A DNA stretch of 64,000 bases, from NCBI GenBank assembly GCA_002774875.1, contig PCYM01000001.1:182153-246152 (forward strand). Reading direction: 5' to 3'. Position numbers and translations under genes: made by a program. Below are positions 38,865-48,526 of the stretch, one piece after another. Under the pieces are notes generated by a model. That model saw only the letters and a program-made list of their open reading frames with translations. It was not told the origin of the DNA and did not search any database. How positions within the stretch are numbered: position 1 is the stretch's first letter; each line of letters begins with the position of its first letter. The stretch is from Candidatus Uhrbacteria bacterium CG10_big_fil_rev_8_21_14_0_10_50_16 (lineage in GTDB: Bacteria; Patescibacteriota; Patescibacteriia; UBA9934; UBA11717).

Positions 38865-41018
38865 ATGAGCGTGAACGTGAAGAAGATTGGTTGGATGGGC
38901 TTCCACTCGGGTCGTCCGCATTTGGACGACTTGTTGGCAGCCGTGATTGGATGCGTGCTTGGCCTCTTTGAGGTCGAGTTCATGGACCCGAAGAGTTCCG
39001 TAAACCTTATCCTGGACGCGAGCGGCATCTCCAATGCCCTGGCGCGCCAGATGAGCGAGACGGGGCGGGACGCCGACGGCGTGCAGTTGTACGCCGCGTG
39101 GATCGGCACGACCCCCAACGGTGGGACCTCCCCCGTCTCCGAGGGCGACCAGTGGTGGTCGCCCTACGACGAGCACGGGAGTGGCAACCCCGCGGACTCG
39201 GCCACGGAGCTCATGCTCCACCTGGCCGGGGACGACAAGGCCATTGGCCGGCGGCTCCAGACCCTCTTCCGGGGATGGGGCATCCGCGCCTCGGAGGCGC
39301 AGGTCGCGGAGTCGGTGGAAAAGCTCCACCACATGGTGGCCTACACCACCATGAAGGACAACTTTCCCGTCGCCATGCGCGGCGGAATCAGCTGGCTCCT
39401 CAAGCAGCTGAACCGGGTGTGCTGCTTCCAGATCGGAGAAGGTGGGAAGATCCGGGAGGAGTCCTACTCCTCCCAGGAGGTCCTCCGTGACCTCCGTTGG
39501 ATCTACCGACTGCTCGTCACCTACATGACGAGCAACCTGCAGATTGAGACCTCCGATCTGGCCGCCGTGGACCAGGAGATGGTTCACTGGTACCTCCAGC
39601 GTGAGGACGTGAGCCCGGCATGGAAGCCGGACACCGCTCCACGCACGATGGCGGAGCTGACGGCCATGATCCGGACGGAGGTGCGCCGCAAGGCGCTGGA
39701 GGCCAAGAAGGCCAACCGGGCATTCAGCCCGCCCTCCACGCTGCTCCGCCGTTTGCGGAGCCTCACCGCTCTGGTGAGTGACTTGCGCAACCCCAGCAAC
39801 TGGGCATCGGTGGAGGCATGGATGCTCCACCAATGGATGGGGGGCAAGAAGGTCCACCTCGGGATGAACGTGGGTAACACCACGACCATCCAGGAGGTGA
39901 TCGCCAACCTCGCCGCCCGCGCGGAAGCTCTCAAGGAGAGCGCGCGGGCGGACACACCCCGCCAGCAGGAGAAGCTGGAGGGCTGGATCCGGCAGCTGCA
40001 GGAGTTGCAGCTGCGCGTGGAGGATGAAGAGCAGACCCGCCAGCTGATGGCGGGAGATGAGCGGATGGATGAGCGGACCGCCGCCTCCCCCTACGGGGTG
40101 GTGGCGACCACGGTCCTGCTCCTGCGGCGTTCCCGCCGCACGGACGGCCTGGCCTTCCCCGAGGGTCAGGCCGTGGCCGAGGAGTACCTCTTCATGGCGC
40201 TGGACGCGCTGTGGGGAAAGATGCTCCTGGCGGAGGCCGCCTCCCGTCAGATCCAGGAGGCACAGGCGGACCCCACCTGCACGCCGGCCATCGCGGTCGA
40301 CTGGCAGGTGAAAGGTGTGGAGCAGCCGGGACTGCTCCACTCCGATGGCATCAACCCCGAGACCCCGGCGGAGGCCCGCCGGATCTTGGGCAAAGGCCAG
40401 GTGGGTGGTCGCCAGGTGAAGCGCTTCCCGCTGATCCTGGTCACCTGCGAGAAGCTGCCGGACGGTACGCCGTTCGGAAGCGCCTACCTGGGCGCCGACC
40501 AGCGGTACTTCGGTACCGACTGGACGGACGGATTCTTCCGTCACATCACGTCCTGGCTCCGAGTCATGGAACTCCGGCGCCAGGGCAATCCGTTGCCGGA
40601 GGACCTCGATACCCTCGAGGCGCCCGACAAGGTGCAGGACCACGTGTGGTTCCTACACCTCAACGGAGACGGAAAGGCCGTCCAGGTGATGGCCAAGAGC
40701 CTCCACCGCCGGGATTCGCCCGGTACGGAGCTGGACGCCAAGCAGGAGATCCTGGCCGCCCAACTGGTGGTCTACACCGTCTTCTGCGCCTGGCGGTCTC
40801 TCGGAGTGTTCGGCAGCCAGCAGGGCCGCCTCAGCCTCCGGGCACGGGACAGCGCCCTGCGGGCGCTCCGCCACCGCCTCGCCGGCGCCGAGGACATGGC
40901 CGCCGAGCTGCAGCTCATCTTGAGCGAGCTCCGCAGCCAGATCGTCATCCACCAGACCGCCCTCCTCCCCCTGCGGGAGTCGAAGGCGCCGGGTGAAGAG
41001 CTCGCCCCCACGAGCTAA
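38865..41018 (+). CDS. Large GC-rich orphan with degenerate MYG1/DHH-like metal-binding motifs
   Basis: FHSGRPHLDDLLA, PYDEHG...SATEL; SD GAGGAGG; TTGACA-N17-TAGGTT at 38728-38756; downstream hairpins. Confidence 0.75.
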   Translation: MSVNVKKIGWMGFHSGRPHLDDLLAAVIGCVLGLFEVEFMDPKSSVNLILDASGISNALARQMSETGRDADGVQLYAAWIGTTPNGGTSPVSEGDQWWSPYDEHGSGNPADSATELMLHLAGDDKAIGRRLQTLFRGWGIRASEAQVAESVEKLHHMVAYTTMKDNFPVAMRGGISWLLKQLNRVCCFQIGEGGKIREESYSSQEVLRDLRWIYRLLVTYMTSNLQIETSDLAAVDQEMVHWYLQREDVSPAWKPDTAPRTMAELTAMIRTEVRRKALEAKKANRAFSPPSTLLRRLRSLTALVSDLRNPSNWASVEAWMLHQWMGGKKVHLGMNVGNTTTIQEVIANLAARAEALKESARADTPRQQEKLEGWIRQLQELQLRVEDEEQTRQLMAGDERMDERTAASPYGVVATTVLLLRRSRRTDGLAFPEGQAVAEEYLFMALDALWGKMLLAEAASRQIQEAQADPTCTPAIAVDWQVKGVEQPGLLHSDGINPETPAEARRILGKGQVGGRQVKRFPLILVTCEKLPDGTPFGSAYLGADQRYFGTDWTDGFFRHITSWLRVMELRRQGNPLPEDLDTLEAPDKVQDHVWFLHLNGDGKAVQVMAKSLHRRDSPGTELDAKQEILAAQLVVYTVFCAWRSLGVFGSQQGRLSLRARDSALRALRHRLAGAEDMAAELQLILSELRSQIVIHQTALLPLRESKAPGEELAPTS

Positions 41019-41098
41019 CCCCCTCCTGCACATGGAGGGACGCGAAAAAAGAGGGGCTCCGCAATCTGCGTGAGCCCCTTTTCCTTTTATCTCTTTTT

Positions 41099-41455
41099 TT
41101 ATTGCGCCGCAGCAATCGCTGCAACAAGTTTTGCTTTAAGACCCGTAAGTGCCGTGACGGCCGTTGCATAATCTTCATCACGGATTGCACGCGATCCCAC
41201 ATATCCTTCTTCCTCCCACACACTCAATTGTGTTGCATCCACACCCGCGGTACTTGCATCCACGAGCAACTGTCCCACGTCGAGCATAAGGTTAAGCGCT
41301 TGGGTCTTTGCGGCACTATCCACGGGAGCCGCTGTCTTAGGGATCTCCTGCGCAGGCACTGCTAATGGTTCAACAGGAATTGAATCGGAGGGTTTGGAAG
41401 CACATCCAGCTCCCACGAGTGAGAAGGCCATGAGCGAGAGAATGAGTTTTTTCAT
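41099..41455 (-). CDS. Hypothetical lipoprotein
   Basis: Lipobox-like LVGAGC after a signal peptide. Confidence 0.75.
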   Translation of the reverse strand: MKKLILSLMAFSLVGAGCASKPSDSIPVEPLAVPAQEIPKTAAPVDSAAKTQALNLMLDVGQLLVDASTAGVDATQLSVWEEEGYVGSRAIRDEDYATAVTALTGLKAKLVAAIAAAQ

Positions 41456-41709
41456 AAGTGCTGAATTACATCTATTAATTTTTTTGTAAACGGAAACAGT
41501 CGCAAGATCGTAAGCACAATGGCAACAACGACCGTGGCTCCAATCGCCGAGCCGACACCTCGTATCACCCCCGCCCCAAATTGCAACCCAACAAACGTTC
41601 TCTTGTTACCCGCAAATGAGAATCCGTCGATTTTTTGGATACGATCAAGATTGGCATTGAGACGTCGCATTTCGCGTGCAAGCGTCCTTTCTCCTGTTGC
41701 TTGTTTCAT
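41452..41709 (-). CDS. Small membrane protein (DUF5665-like)
   Basis: F.AGVIRGVGSAIGATVV motif. Confidence 0.75.
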   Translation of the reverse strand: MKQATGERTLAREMRRLNANLDRIQKIDGFSFAGNKRTFVGLQFGAGVIRGVGSAIGATVVVAIVLTILRLFPFTKKLIDVIQHL

Positions 41710-42011
41710 AAAGACAGTATATCAAATTTCCGCAACATCTTCTTTTTGCAGCGCATTATGGGCATCAATTACATCACTATTAATCGAGGTAAGGGGGTGC
41801 GTTTCTGTACAGACGGGTAATTCACGCACAACACGAATCCTCCCCGTGAATCAAATCAATGCCTTGCAGGCCGTAAACGGTTTCCTGACGTGTATATTCC
41901 AGCATTGCGGTTTGCGTTGCCTTTGTCAACTTCATCTGCAACGCTTCTTCACCAGTGACCCATACTGCCTCCCGATGTTCTGCCGACAAAAGAATCGTCA
42001 AATGCTCATTC

Positions 42012-45000
42012 TTAACTACATCCACTTGTAGACCCACAATTGAGACACTTATAACAAGCCGCATTGCGCACCATAATGGATCCACAGGTATCACACGCCG
42101 GCGCGTCCGACTGATTGTCAAACGTCTGCGTAAGTGACGCTGCCTTGTATCCGTAGGTTTCCCCTTCTGCCTTTGCGTCGAACAAGCTCACTTGATCCAA
42201 CGGGTCTTTTACCTCAGGTTCCTCTGCATGTGGTCTGCTCAAATGATCATCCATTCCCTGCTTATCCACCTGAATTCCCAATTCGATCTGCTTATTAACA
42301 TCCAAGAACTTGTACGCCATCCATCGGAAGATGTAATCCACTACGGACTTTGCAATGCGGATATTGGCGTTATTGGTAAATCCGGACGGTTCAAAGCGCA
42401 TGTGTGCAAATCGATTTACAAGCGCCTCCAACGGTACGCCATACTGCAGGGCGATAGAGACGGCAGACGCGAGCGCGTTCATGAGCCCAGAAATCACTGA
42501 TCCTTCCTTGCTCATCATGATAAACACTTCTCCCGGTGTTCCATCGTCGTACAACCCAACCGTCAAATATCCTTTGTGACCGGCAATCGAGAACTTATGC
42601 GTAACGGATCGGCGCTCGTCTGGCAACCGTCGTCGGCGTGGGGTAGAAACCTCACGTGTAATCACCACGGGCTGTGGGGCTTCTTGCACAGGCGCGGACG
42701 TCTCTTCCGCGGAATCTCCTTTTGCTCCGTCGTCCTTCTGTTTGAGTGACGTGGTGAGCGGCTGTTGACGCTTAGATCCATCACGGTAAATTGCAATGGC
42801 CTTAAGTCCCATCTTCCACCCTTCGCGATACACTTCCTCCACATCCTCTACCGTTGCCGTTTCTGGCATATTGACGGTCTTGGAGATAGCACCCGACAAA
42901 AACGGTTGCACCGCCGCCATCATGCGCACGTGTCCCATGTAATGAATGGTGCGTGTTCCCTGTGCGGCTTTAAAGGCACAATCAAACACAGGCAAATGCT
43001 CGTCTTTAAATCCAGGTGCCCCCTCGATCGTATCCTTCTCTTTAATGTAGTCAATAATCGACGCGCATTGTTCTGGGTTGTAGTTAAGGAACTCGAGCGC
43101 CTCCGGCACCGTTCCATTGACCAACTTCTCCATGCCGCCGTCTACCATCCATTTGTACTTAACGAGAGCGATATCTGGCTCCACACCTGTTGTGGCACAA
43201 TCCATAAGGAATGAGATGGTTCCCGTCGGTGCCAATACGCTAATTTGCGCATTGCGGAATCCATGTTTTGTTCCATACTCCAACGCCCTGTCCCAACTCG
43301 ATCGCGCAGCTGCCAACACTTCTGCCGGCACACCTGCCTCTGGAATGCGATACGCCGCTTCACGATGCATGCGAATCACGCCCAACATAGACTCGCGATT
43401 CCGCTCGTACCCAGCAAACGGACCAAGCTTCTCGGCAATTTTGGCGCTTTGATAGTACGTCTGGCCCGACATGATAGACGTAAGTGCCGCCGACAAGTTA
43501 CGACCTTCGTCCGAGTCATACGGTAATCCGCGGCTCATCAACAACGCGCCAAGGTTGGCATAACCAATGCCCAGAGGTCGGTAATCGAAACTGTTTTGTT
43601 CAATAGAGGGAGTTGGATAATCCGAGTTTCCAACAGCAATCTCCATAGCCGTAATCATCACTTCCAACGCATGGTTGTATTCCTCAACGTTAAAACTCTT
43701 GTCCTCGCGTCGGAACAACATGAGGTTAAGACTCGACAAATTACACGCCGTGTCGTCCAAAAACATGTACTCCGAACAAGGATTGGATCCGTTAATTTGA
43801 TCTGTCACTTTACACGTGTGCCATGCGTTAATGGTGTCATGATATTGCACACCCGGATCTCCGCACCACCACGCGCTCTCTGACATTTTACGCATCAACT
43901 CGCGCGCCTTGTACGTTTGTGCCACATTCCCCGTTGTGCGCTCGATCGTAGAAAAGTCGCCATCGGTCTCCACAGCACGCATAAACTGATCCGTTACGCG
44001 CACCGAGTTGTTGGCGTTTTGAAAGAAAATGGAACTGTATGCATCTCCCGTAAAGGACCCATCATAACCCGCATCAATCAGCGCCCATGCCTTCTTCTCC
44101 TCTTTTACTTTACACTCGATAAACTCCTCTACATCTGGATGATCGATGTTTAAAATCACCATCTTCGCTGCCCGTCGCGTTTTTCCGCCAGACCGCACGA
44201 TCCCGGCGAACGAATCCCAGCCCTTCATAAAACTCACAACGCCTGAGCTCTTGCCATTGGACTTTGCCAAGTACTCACACGACCCACGAAGATTCGACAA
44301 GTTGGAACCCGTACCCGATCCATACTTAAACAGCATGGTCTCCGTGGTAGCCAGGTTCATAATGGATCGCATGTCGTCCTGCACCGAGTTAATAAAACAG
44401 GCCGAACATTGTGGATGTTGGCTCACACCGACATTAAACCAAACGGGGCTATTAAACGCCGCCTTCTGGTTAATGAGAATATGCGCCAACTCCGCCTCAA
44501 ATATATCTGCGTCCTCCGCCGTCTGAAAATAGCCGTCGTTGCGGCCCCAATTTGCCATTGTCGTTGCTACGCGTCCAATCAACTGACGAGCACTTGTTTC
44601 ACGCTCCGGTTCACCAATCTTTCCTTTAAAATACTTTGAGACAACAATATTGGTAGCTGTTTGCGACCAGGTTGCTGGGACTTCTACGTCTTTCTGCTCA
44701 AAAATAACATTCCCTTTCTCATCTTTGATCGCTGCAACACGCGTCTCCCACGTGATTTGATCAAATGGGTGTACACCGGGAGTTGTAAAATGCCGTGCTA
44801 CCGTAATGCCGTTTCCATATTTTGGTTCGGAACGGTGTGTGGGAATGAGGTTTTGTTTTTGACCCATGTACGCGCGCGCCACAAACGCAAGGTTGTTGTC
44901 GATACACGTAAGCGAGACCATCTCGCGAATGTCACCCGTTGTTGGCACTAATACGCCGTCATACACTTTATTCAAACGCGTAATCACATGACCCGTCATG

Positions 45001-45200
45001 CGCTCGGCATAACGCAGCGCCTTATCTTGCTTCAACCCAGCGGTACGCACCGCTGCATCGATTGATTTGTAAAGCTTCTCTTGTGAGAACGTCTCCTCGC
45101 GCCCGTCCATTTTTTTTACCAGTTTGACGGAGGTGAGAAACGTCCAAACAGCGTCGGCAGAGCCTGCGACTGTTTGCTGCAGTTTATTGGTTGAAGACAT
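42012..45200 (-). CDS. nrdJ: Class II (adenosylcobalamin-dependent) ribonucleotide reductase with N-terminal ATP cone
   Basis: VKKMDGREE ATP cone; FNSPVWFN, CSACFI, SNPCSE, APTGTIS, ISKTVN, YRDGSK; C-terminal TSCPD-like and Zn-ribbon regions. Confidence 0.95.
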   Translation of the reverse strand: MSSTNKLQQTVAGSADAVWTFLTSVKLVKKMDGREETFSQEKLYKSIDAAVRTAGLKQDKALRYAERMTGHVITRLNKVYDGVLVPTTGDIREMVSLTCIDNNLAFVARAYMGQKQNLIPTHRSEPKYGNGITVARHFTTPGVHPFDQITWETRVAAIKDEKGNVIFEQKDVEVPATWSQTATNIVVSKYFKGKIGEPERETSARQLIGRVATTMANWGRNDGYFQTAEDADIFEAELAHILINQKAAFNSPVWFNVGVSQHPQCSACFINSVQDDMRSIMNLATTETMLFKYGSGTGSNLSNLRGSCEYLAKSNGKSSGVVSFMKGWDSFAGIVRSGGKTRRAAKMVILNIDHPDVEEFIECKVKEEKKAWALIDAGYDGSFTGDAYSSIFFQNANNSVRVTDQFMRAVETDGDFSTIERTTGNVAQTYKARELMRKMSESAWWCGDPGVQYHDTINAWHTCKVTDQINGSNPCSEYMFLDDTACNLSSLNLMLFRREDKSFNVEEYNHALEVMITAMEIAVGNSDYPTPSIEQNSFDYRPLGIGYANLGALLMSRGLPYDSDEGRNLSAALTSIMSGQTYYQSAKIAEKLGPFAGYERNRESMLGVIRMHREAAYRIPEAGVPAEVLAAARSSWDRALEYGTKHGFRNAQISVLAPTGTISFLMDCATTGVEPDIALVKYKWMVDGGMEKLVNGTVPEALEFLNYNPEQCASIIDYIKEKDTIEGAPGFKDEHLPVFDCAFKAAQGTRTIHYMGHVRMMAAVQPFLSGAISKTVNMPETATVEDVEEVYREGWKMGLKAIAIYRDGSKRQQPLTTSLKQKDDGAKGDSAEETSAPVQEAPQPVVITREVSTPRRRRLPDERRSVTHKFSIAGHKGYLTVGLYDDGTPGEVFIMMSKEGSVISGLMNALASAVSIALQYGVPLEALVNRFAHMRFEPSGFTNNANIRIAKSVVDYIFRWMAYKFLDVNKQIELGIQVDKQGMDDHLSRPHAEEPEVKDPLDQVSLFDAKAEGETYGYKAASLTQTFDNQSDAPACDTCGSIMVRNAACYKCLNCGSTSGCS

Positions 45201-45409
45201 AATGGGTCCGATGTTTGTTTCTTAAAGCCTTGTAGCTTATTCTCTTGGTGCGGACAAAAACAACATCCCAATCAAGGAGATATTGGAACCTCATCAAACC
45301 TTTATTCCCGCGGACAAAGGATTAGCGAAGTTCATCCAACACACTGTAAAAGACAAGCCTGCAAAGAGCGAACGTGTGAGCCGTGTCACCAGGGACAGGT
45401 TCGACGACA

Positions 45410-45457
45410 ATCCCACATCTTGTGCTCCAATGTGGATTCTACCACAAGATACGGTGT
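45410..45457. promoter_or_regulatory. Tandem NrdR boxes upstream of nrdJ
   Basis: ATCCCACATCTTGTGC (45410-25) and CCACAAGATACGGTGT (45442-57), 32 bp apart, fitting acaCwAtATaTwGtgt; TATAAT -10 box at 45474-45469. Confidence 0.8.
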
Positions 45458-45564
45458 CCCATCCCTCCATTATAGTGTCGCACAACGCTACGTTTGGGGA
45501 TAACCTTTTTTCCCTTCCAACACGCGCCCAATCTTAGCACGTTTTGACTCAAGATGCTCACCAC

Positions 45565-46143
45565 TTAAAGCGGCATTGAGAGGTTGATGGAGGCGGCAAG
45601 CTCTACCTCCGGCGCCACAGAAAAGGCAATCTCATGCACCTGCCCCATCCGGTCCTCAAACAACACATGCCCATGCTCGCGTGCAAATTCATAAATCTCT
45701 TTCGTGACACGGACATCTTGCAAACAATAGTCGGCGAGTTCCTGAATTTTTCCTTCCTTCCAAAACTCTACTGCCTGTAATCCGTGACCAGACTTTCCCA
45801 TACCAAGCGTGGACTTTGCCACGTCATCTAACTTGACGCGATAGCCGAGCGTCTGGTGAATTTTTTCCAACAGGTCGAGTTGTGGAATTTGATTCAAATC
45901 ACCCGCGTAGTAATTATTCATAACCGGGTTATCGAACCCTTTTTGGTTGTAGCCGATAATACGATCCGCTTGCTCAAGCCGCGGCCAAAGTTTTGGCAGG
46001 TCCGGCTCCAAAAAATATTCGTAACTGTCTGTTTCAAAAAAATACACCCCAACGAGCGATATGCGGAGCTTGTCATGATGCCATCCGCCAACGTCTTCAA
46101 AGGTGTTTTGAGTTTCAATATCGAGAACAATTTCTTTGGACAT
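45565..46143 (-). CDS. RNase H-like / DEDD 3'-5' exonuclease domain protein (YprB-like)
   Basis: VLDIET, IGYN..GFD, LDLL, KLDDVA, YCLQDV. Confidence 0.88.
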   Translation of the reverse strand: MSKEIVLDIETQNTFEDVGGWHHDKLRISLVGVYFFETDSYEYFLEPDLPKLWPRLEQADRIIGYNQKGFDNPVMNNYYAGDLNQIPQLDLLEKIHQTLGYRVKLDDVAKSTLGMGKSGHGLQAVEFWKEGKIQELADYCLQDVRVTKEIYEFAREHGHVLFEDRMGQVHEIAFSVAPEVELAASINLSMPL

Positions 46144-46278
46144 AGATAAAAGAGGAGGTCGAGCTAGGACACGATTATAACATATTGATTTTATCTCTAA
46201 TCTGAGAGAACCCTTGACAAAATCTGCAAAGACAGGTTGAATGGACATGCGTCAAATTCCACGACGCAAGGAGCCGAC

Positions 46279-46521
46279 ATGCGCAGCGCCAATACCGTGG
46301 AGACTGGGGAAGAACGAGACTGGAGGAAGAACGAGGAGGAGGGCCGGAAGCTCGCTGGGTGGGTCGACGTCCGCCTGCGCAACGGAAGGGTCCAGCACGA
46401 GGTCGTACAGGATCTCATCGACACCGGAGTTGGCCGCGAGGTCGCCGGATGGGCTCTCGCCATCGCCATCAGGAACAACGGAGGCAAGCCGCCCGAGGTT
46501 CTGCCGCACGTGACCGCCTGA
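46279..46521 (+). CDS. Small GC-rich orphan protein (80 aa)
   Basis: SD AAGGAG, TTGACA at 46214, terminator GAAGCCCGCCC...GGGCGGGCTTC at 46539-46573. Confidence 0.7.
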   Translation: MRSANTVETGEERDWRKNEEEGRKLAGWVDVRLRNGRVQHEVVQDLIDTGVGREVAGWALAIAIRNNGGKPPEVLPHVTA

Positions 46522-46578
46522 CGGTCCTGAACACGAACGAAGCCCGCCCGGGACACTACTTGGGCGGGCTTCCTGTTT

Positions 46579-47115
46579 TTACCATTCGTACAACCGAGCC
46601 GTAGCACGACCGACCGGTTGTTCTTTTTTTATCGTCGCCCCACCGGAAAGCGTAAAGTCGTGAGAGAGGACTTTGACATGCGTGTATCGGTCTCTAAGTC
46701 GCTGTTCGATTTTCTGCATGGCTTTTGGAAGAAGGTACAGAACCACCACATCCGTATCCGGCAGATCAACCTTAAAGATGTTCCCTCGAATAATCGTAAC
46801 CATATCCGATACACCGTTGCGATACGCGCGCCATCGTGCCAACCACACCAATACGGGATTGAGTTCGATGCCTATACACACGGCGCCATATTCGCGCGCC
46901 GCAACCAGCAACATACTCGCATCTCCACACCCCAGATCCACGACACGATCACCTGGTTTAATCCCGCCAAGACCACACATCGCGCGCGTGATCGCCTTAT
47001 TTGTTGGGACCCACGGCGCGCCCGAGAAAATCGTCAACGTCACCGCCACCATAAACACCGAAAAAATGCACAAACAAATCAACACAATCAACAAAATAAT
47101 CGTTGCTAGTTCCAT
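46579..47115 (-). CDS. Class I SAM-dependent methyltransferase with N-terminal TM
   Basis: GAPWVPT, VDLGCGD, GIELNP, LYLLP. Confidence 0.9.
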   Translation of the reverse strand: MELATIILLIVLICLCIFSVFMVAVTLTIFSGAPWVPTNKAITRAMCGLGGIKPGDRVVDLGCGDASMLLVAAREYGAVCIGIELNPVLVWLARWRAYRNGVSDMVTIIRGNIFKVDLPDTDVVVLYLLPKAMQKIEQRLRDRYTHVKVLSHDFTLSGGATIKKEQPVGRATARLYEW

Positions 47116-47116
47116 A

Positions 47117-48490
47117 TTACACAACCTCTGCCATCGTCGCCGCACCTGCGACCGCTTCTGAATACGTTGGATAGGCGTGTATCATTTCCGCCAGATCATC
47201 CATGCGCGCCTTCAGATGAATCGCAAGCGCCACTTCATGAATCAGCTCCCCGGCTCGCTCGCTTACTATGTGGCCGCCAAGCAGTTTGCGCGTTTTTGGA
47301 TCCGCAACAAGCTTTACAAATCCCTTTGTGTTGCCATCAATATAGGCACGACCAAGACCTCGCATATAAAATGTTCCCACCAGCACGGTGCCGTATTTTT
47401 CTCGCACTTCTGCCTCCGTCATTCCCACACTCGCCACCTCTGGGTCTACAAACGTCACCCGCGGCACCACGCGTTCGTCCACCTGTCGTGGAGTTTTAGC
47501 AAACGCATTCGCACCTGCAAGTGACCCTTCATAGTGTGCCGTGTGCGTAAACAACATCCCACCGTCCACATCCCCCGCCGCCCAGATGTTTTGCGCGCTC
47601 GTTACGAGCTCTGAGTTAGTGAGAACATTTCCCCGCGCATCCAATTGCACACCCGCAGCCTGACAACCAAGGCCTGCGGTATTTGCCTTCTTACCCGTTG
47701 CCAACACAAGCACTTGTGATTTGATTATTTTCATCTCCTTTCCCACGCGCACTTTTGTCTGTGTCCCTTTTTCTGCTTTCTCGACACGAATCACCTCCGC
47801 GTTTAATTCAACATGGATATTCAAAACGGCAAATTGATTTGCAACAAGCTCTGAGATTTCTGGTTCTTCTCGATTTAACAGCGCGCCCGCATGTTGAATA
47901 ATCGTGACCCGCGTGCCAAAACTCGCATAAATCAATGCCAACTCGCACCCAACAGGCCCGCCCCCGATAATGGTCATAGACTCGGGCAGCGCATCAAACG
48001 TCACCGCCTCTTTAAATCCAATCCACGCCACCTGATCAATCCCCGGGATCTCGGGAACAAACGTGGAGGATCCAGTCGCGATTACAAACTTGTCCGACGT
48101 CACCTGCTTGTCATCGATCTGTACCGTATGCGCGTCCAAAAATGTTGCAAACCCATGTAACACATCTATGCCAAGTTTATCGGCGATTTTTTCGATACGC
48201 GATCCACCGAGGGCACCAACAATCTGACCACGCCGCTTCATAATCTCCACAAAATCTGCCGTCACATCCTTGCTCGTCACGCCATACATCTGCGTCTGCA
48301 ATAAATCTCTGTAGACTTTGGCGCTTTTTAAGAGAGCTTTCGTTGGCACGCACGCCCAGTTTGGACACTCACCTCCAAGACGATCCGCCTCCACAATGCC
48401 AATCTTACGACCCTGCCCTTTTGCTGCATGCGCCGCGGAGAATCCTGCAGAACCGGATCCAATCACTAATAAGTCGTAGTCGTATTTCAT
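47117..48490 (-). CDS. Pyridine nucleotide-disulfide oxidoreductase (LpdA/MerA family)
   Basis: IGSGSAG, GGECPNWACVPTK, GGGPVG.E, AAGD, HAYPTYSE. Confidence 0.93.
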   Translation of the reverse strand: MKYDYDLLVIGSGSAGFSAAHAAKGQGRKIGIVEADRLGGECPNWACVPTKALLKSAKVYRDLLQTQMYGVTSKDVTADFVEIMKRRGQIVGALGGSRIEKIADKLGIDVLHGFATFLDAHTVQIDDKQVTSDKFVIATGSSTFVPEIPGIDQVAWIGFKEAVTFDALPESMTIIGGGPVGCELALIYASFGTRVTIIQHAGALLNREEPEISELVANQFAVLNIHVELNAEVIRVEKAEKGTQTKVRVGKEMKIIKSQVLVLATGKKANTAGLGCQAAGVQLDARGNVLTNSELVTSAQNIWAAGDVDGGMLFTHTAHYEGSLAGANAFAKTPRQVDERVVPRVTFVDPEVASVGMTEAEVREKYGTVLVGTFYMRGLGRAYIDGNTKGFVKLVADPKTRKLLGGHIVSERAGELIHEVALAIHLKARMDDLAEMIHAYPTYSEAVAGAATMAEVV

Positions 48491-48526
48491 AGATGGGTTG
48501 AGATGTCTGTCACAAATAATCGTTCA

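Noticed and set aside
38841-40643. 600-aa antisense ORF opposite the large GC-rich orphan
   Set aside because: Expected shadow of C/G-ending codons; promoter, SD and terminator all support the plus-strand gene
41720-42010. ~290-bp gap after nrdJ with broken reading frames
   Set aside because: No intact ORF with a start and no recognisable homology; possibly a pseudogene but not supportable
45200-45460. Cobalamin riboswitch upstream of nrdJ
   Set aside because: Conserved B12-box motifs not found by eye
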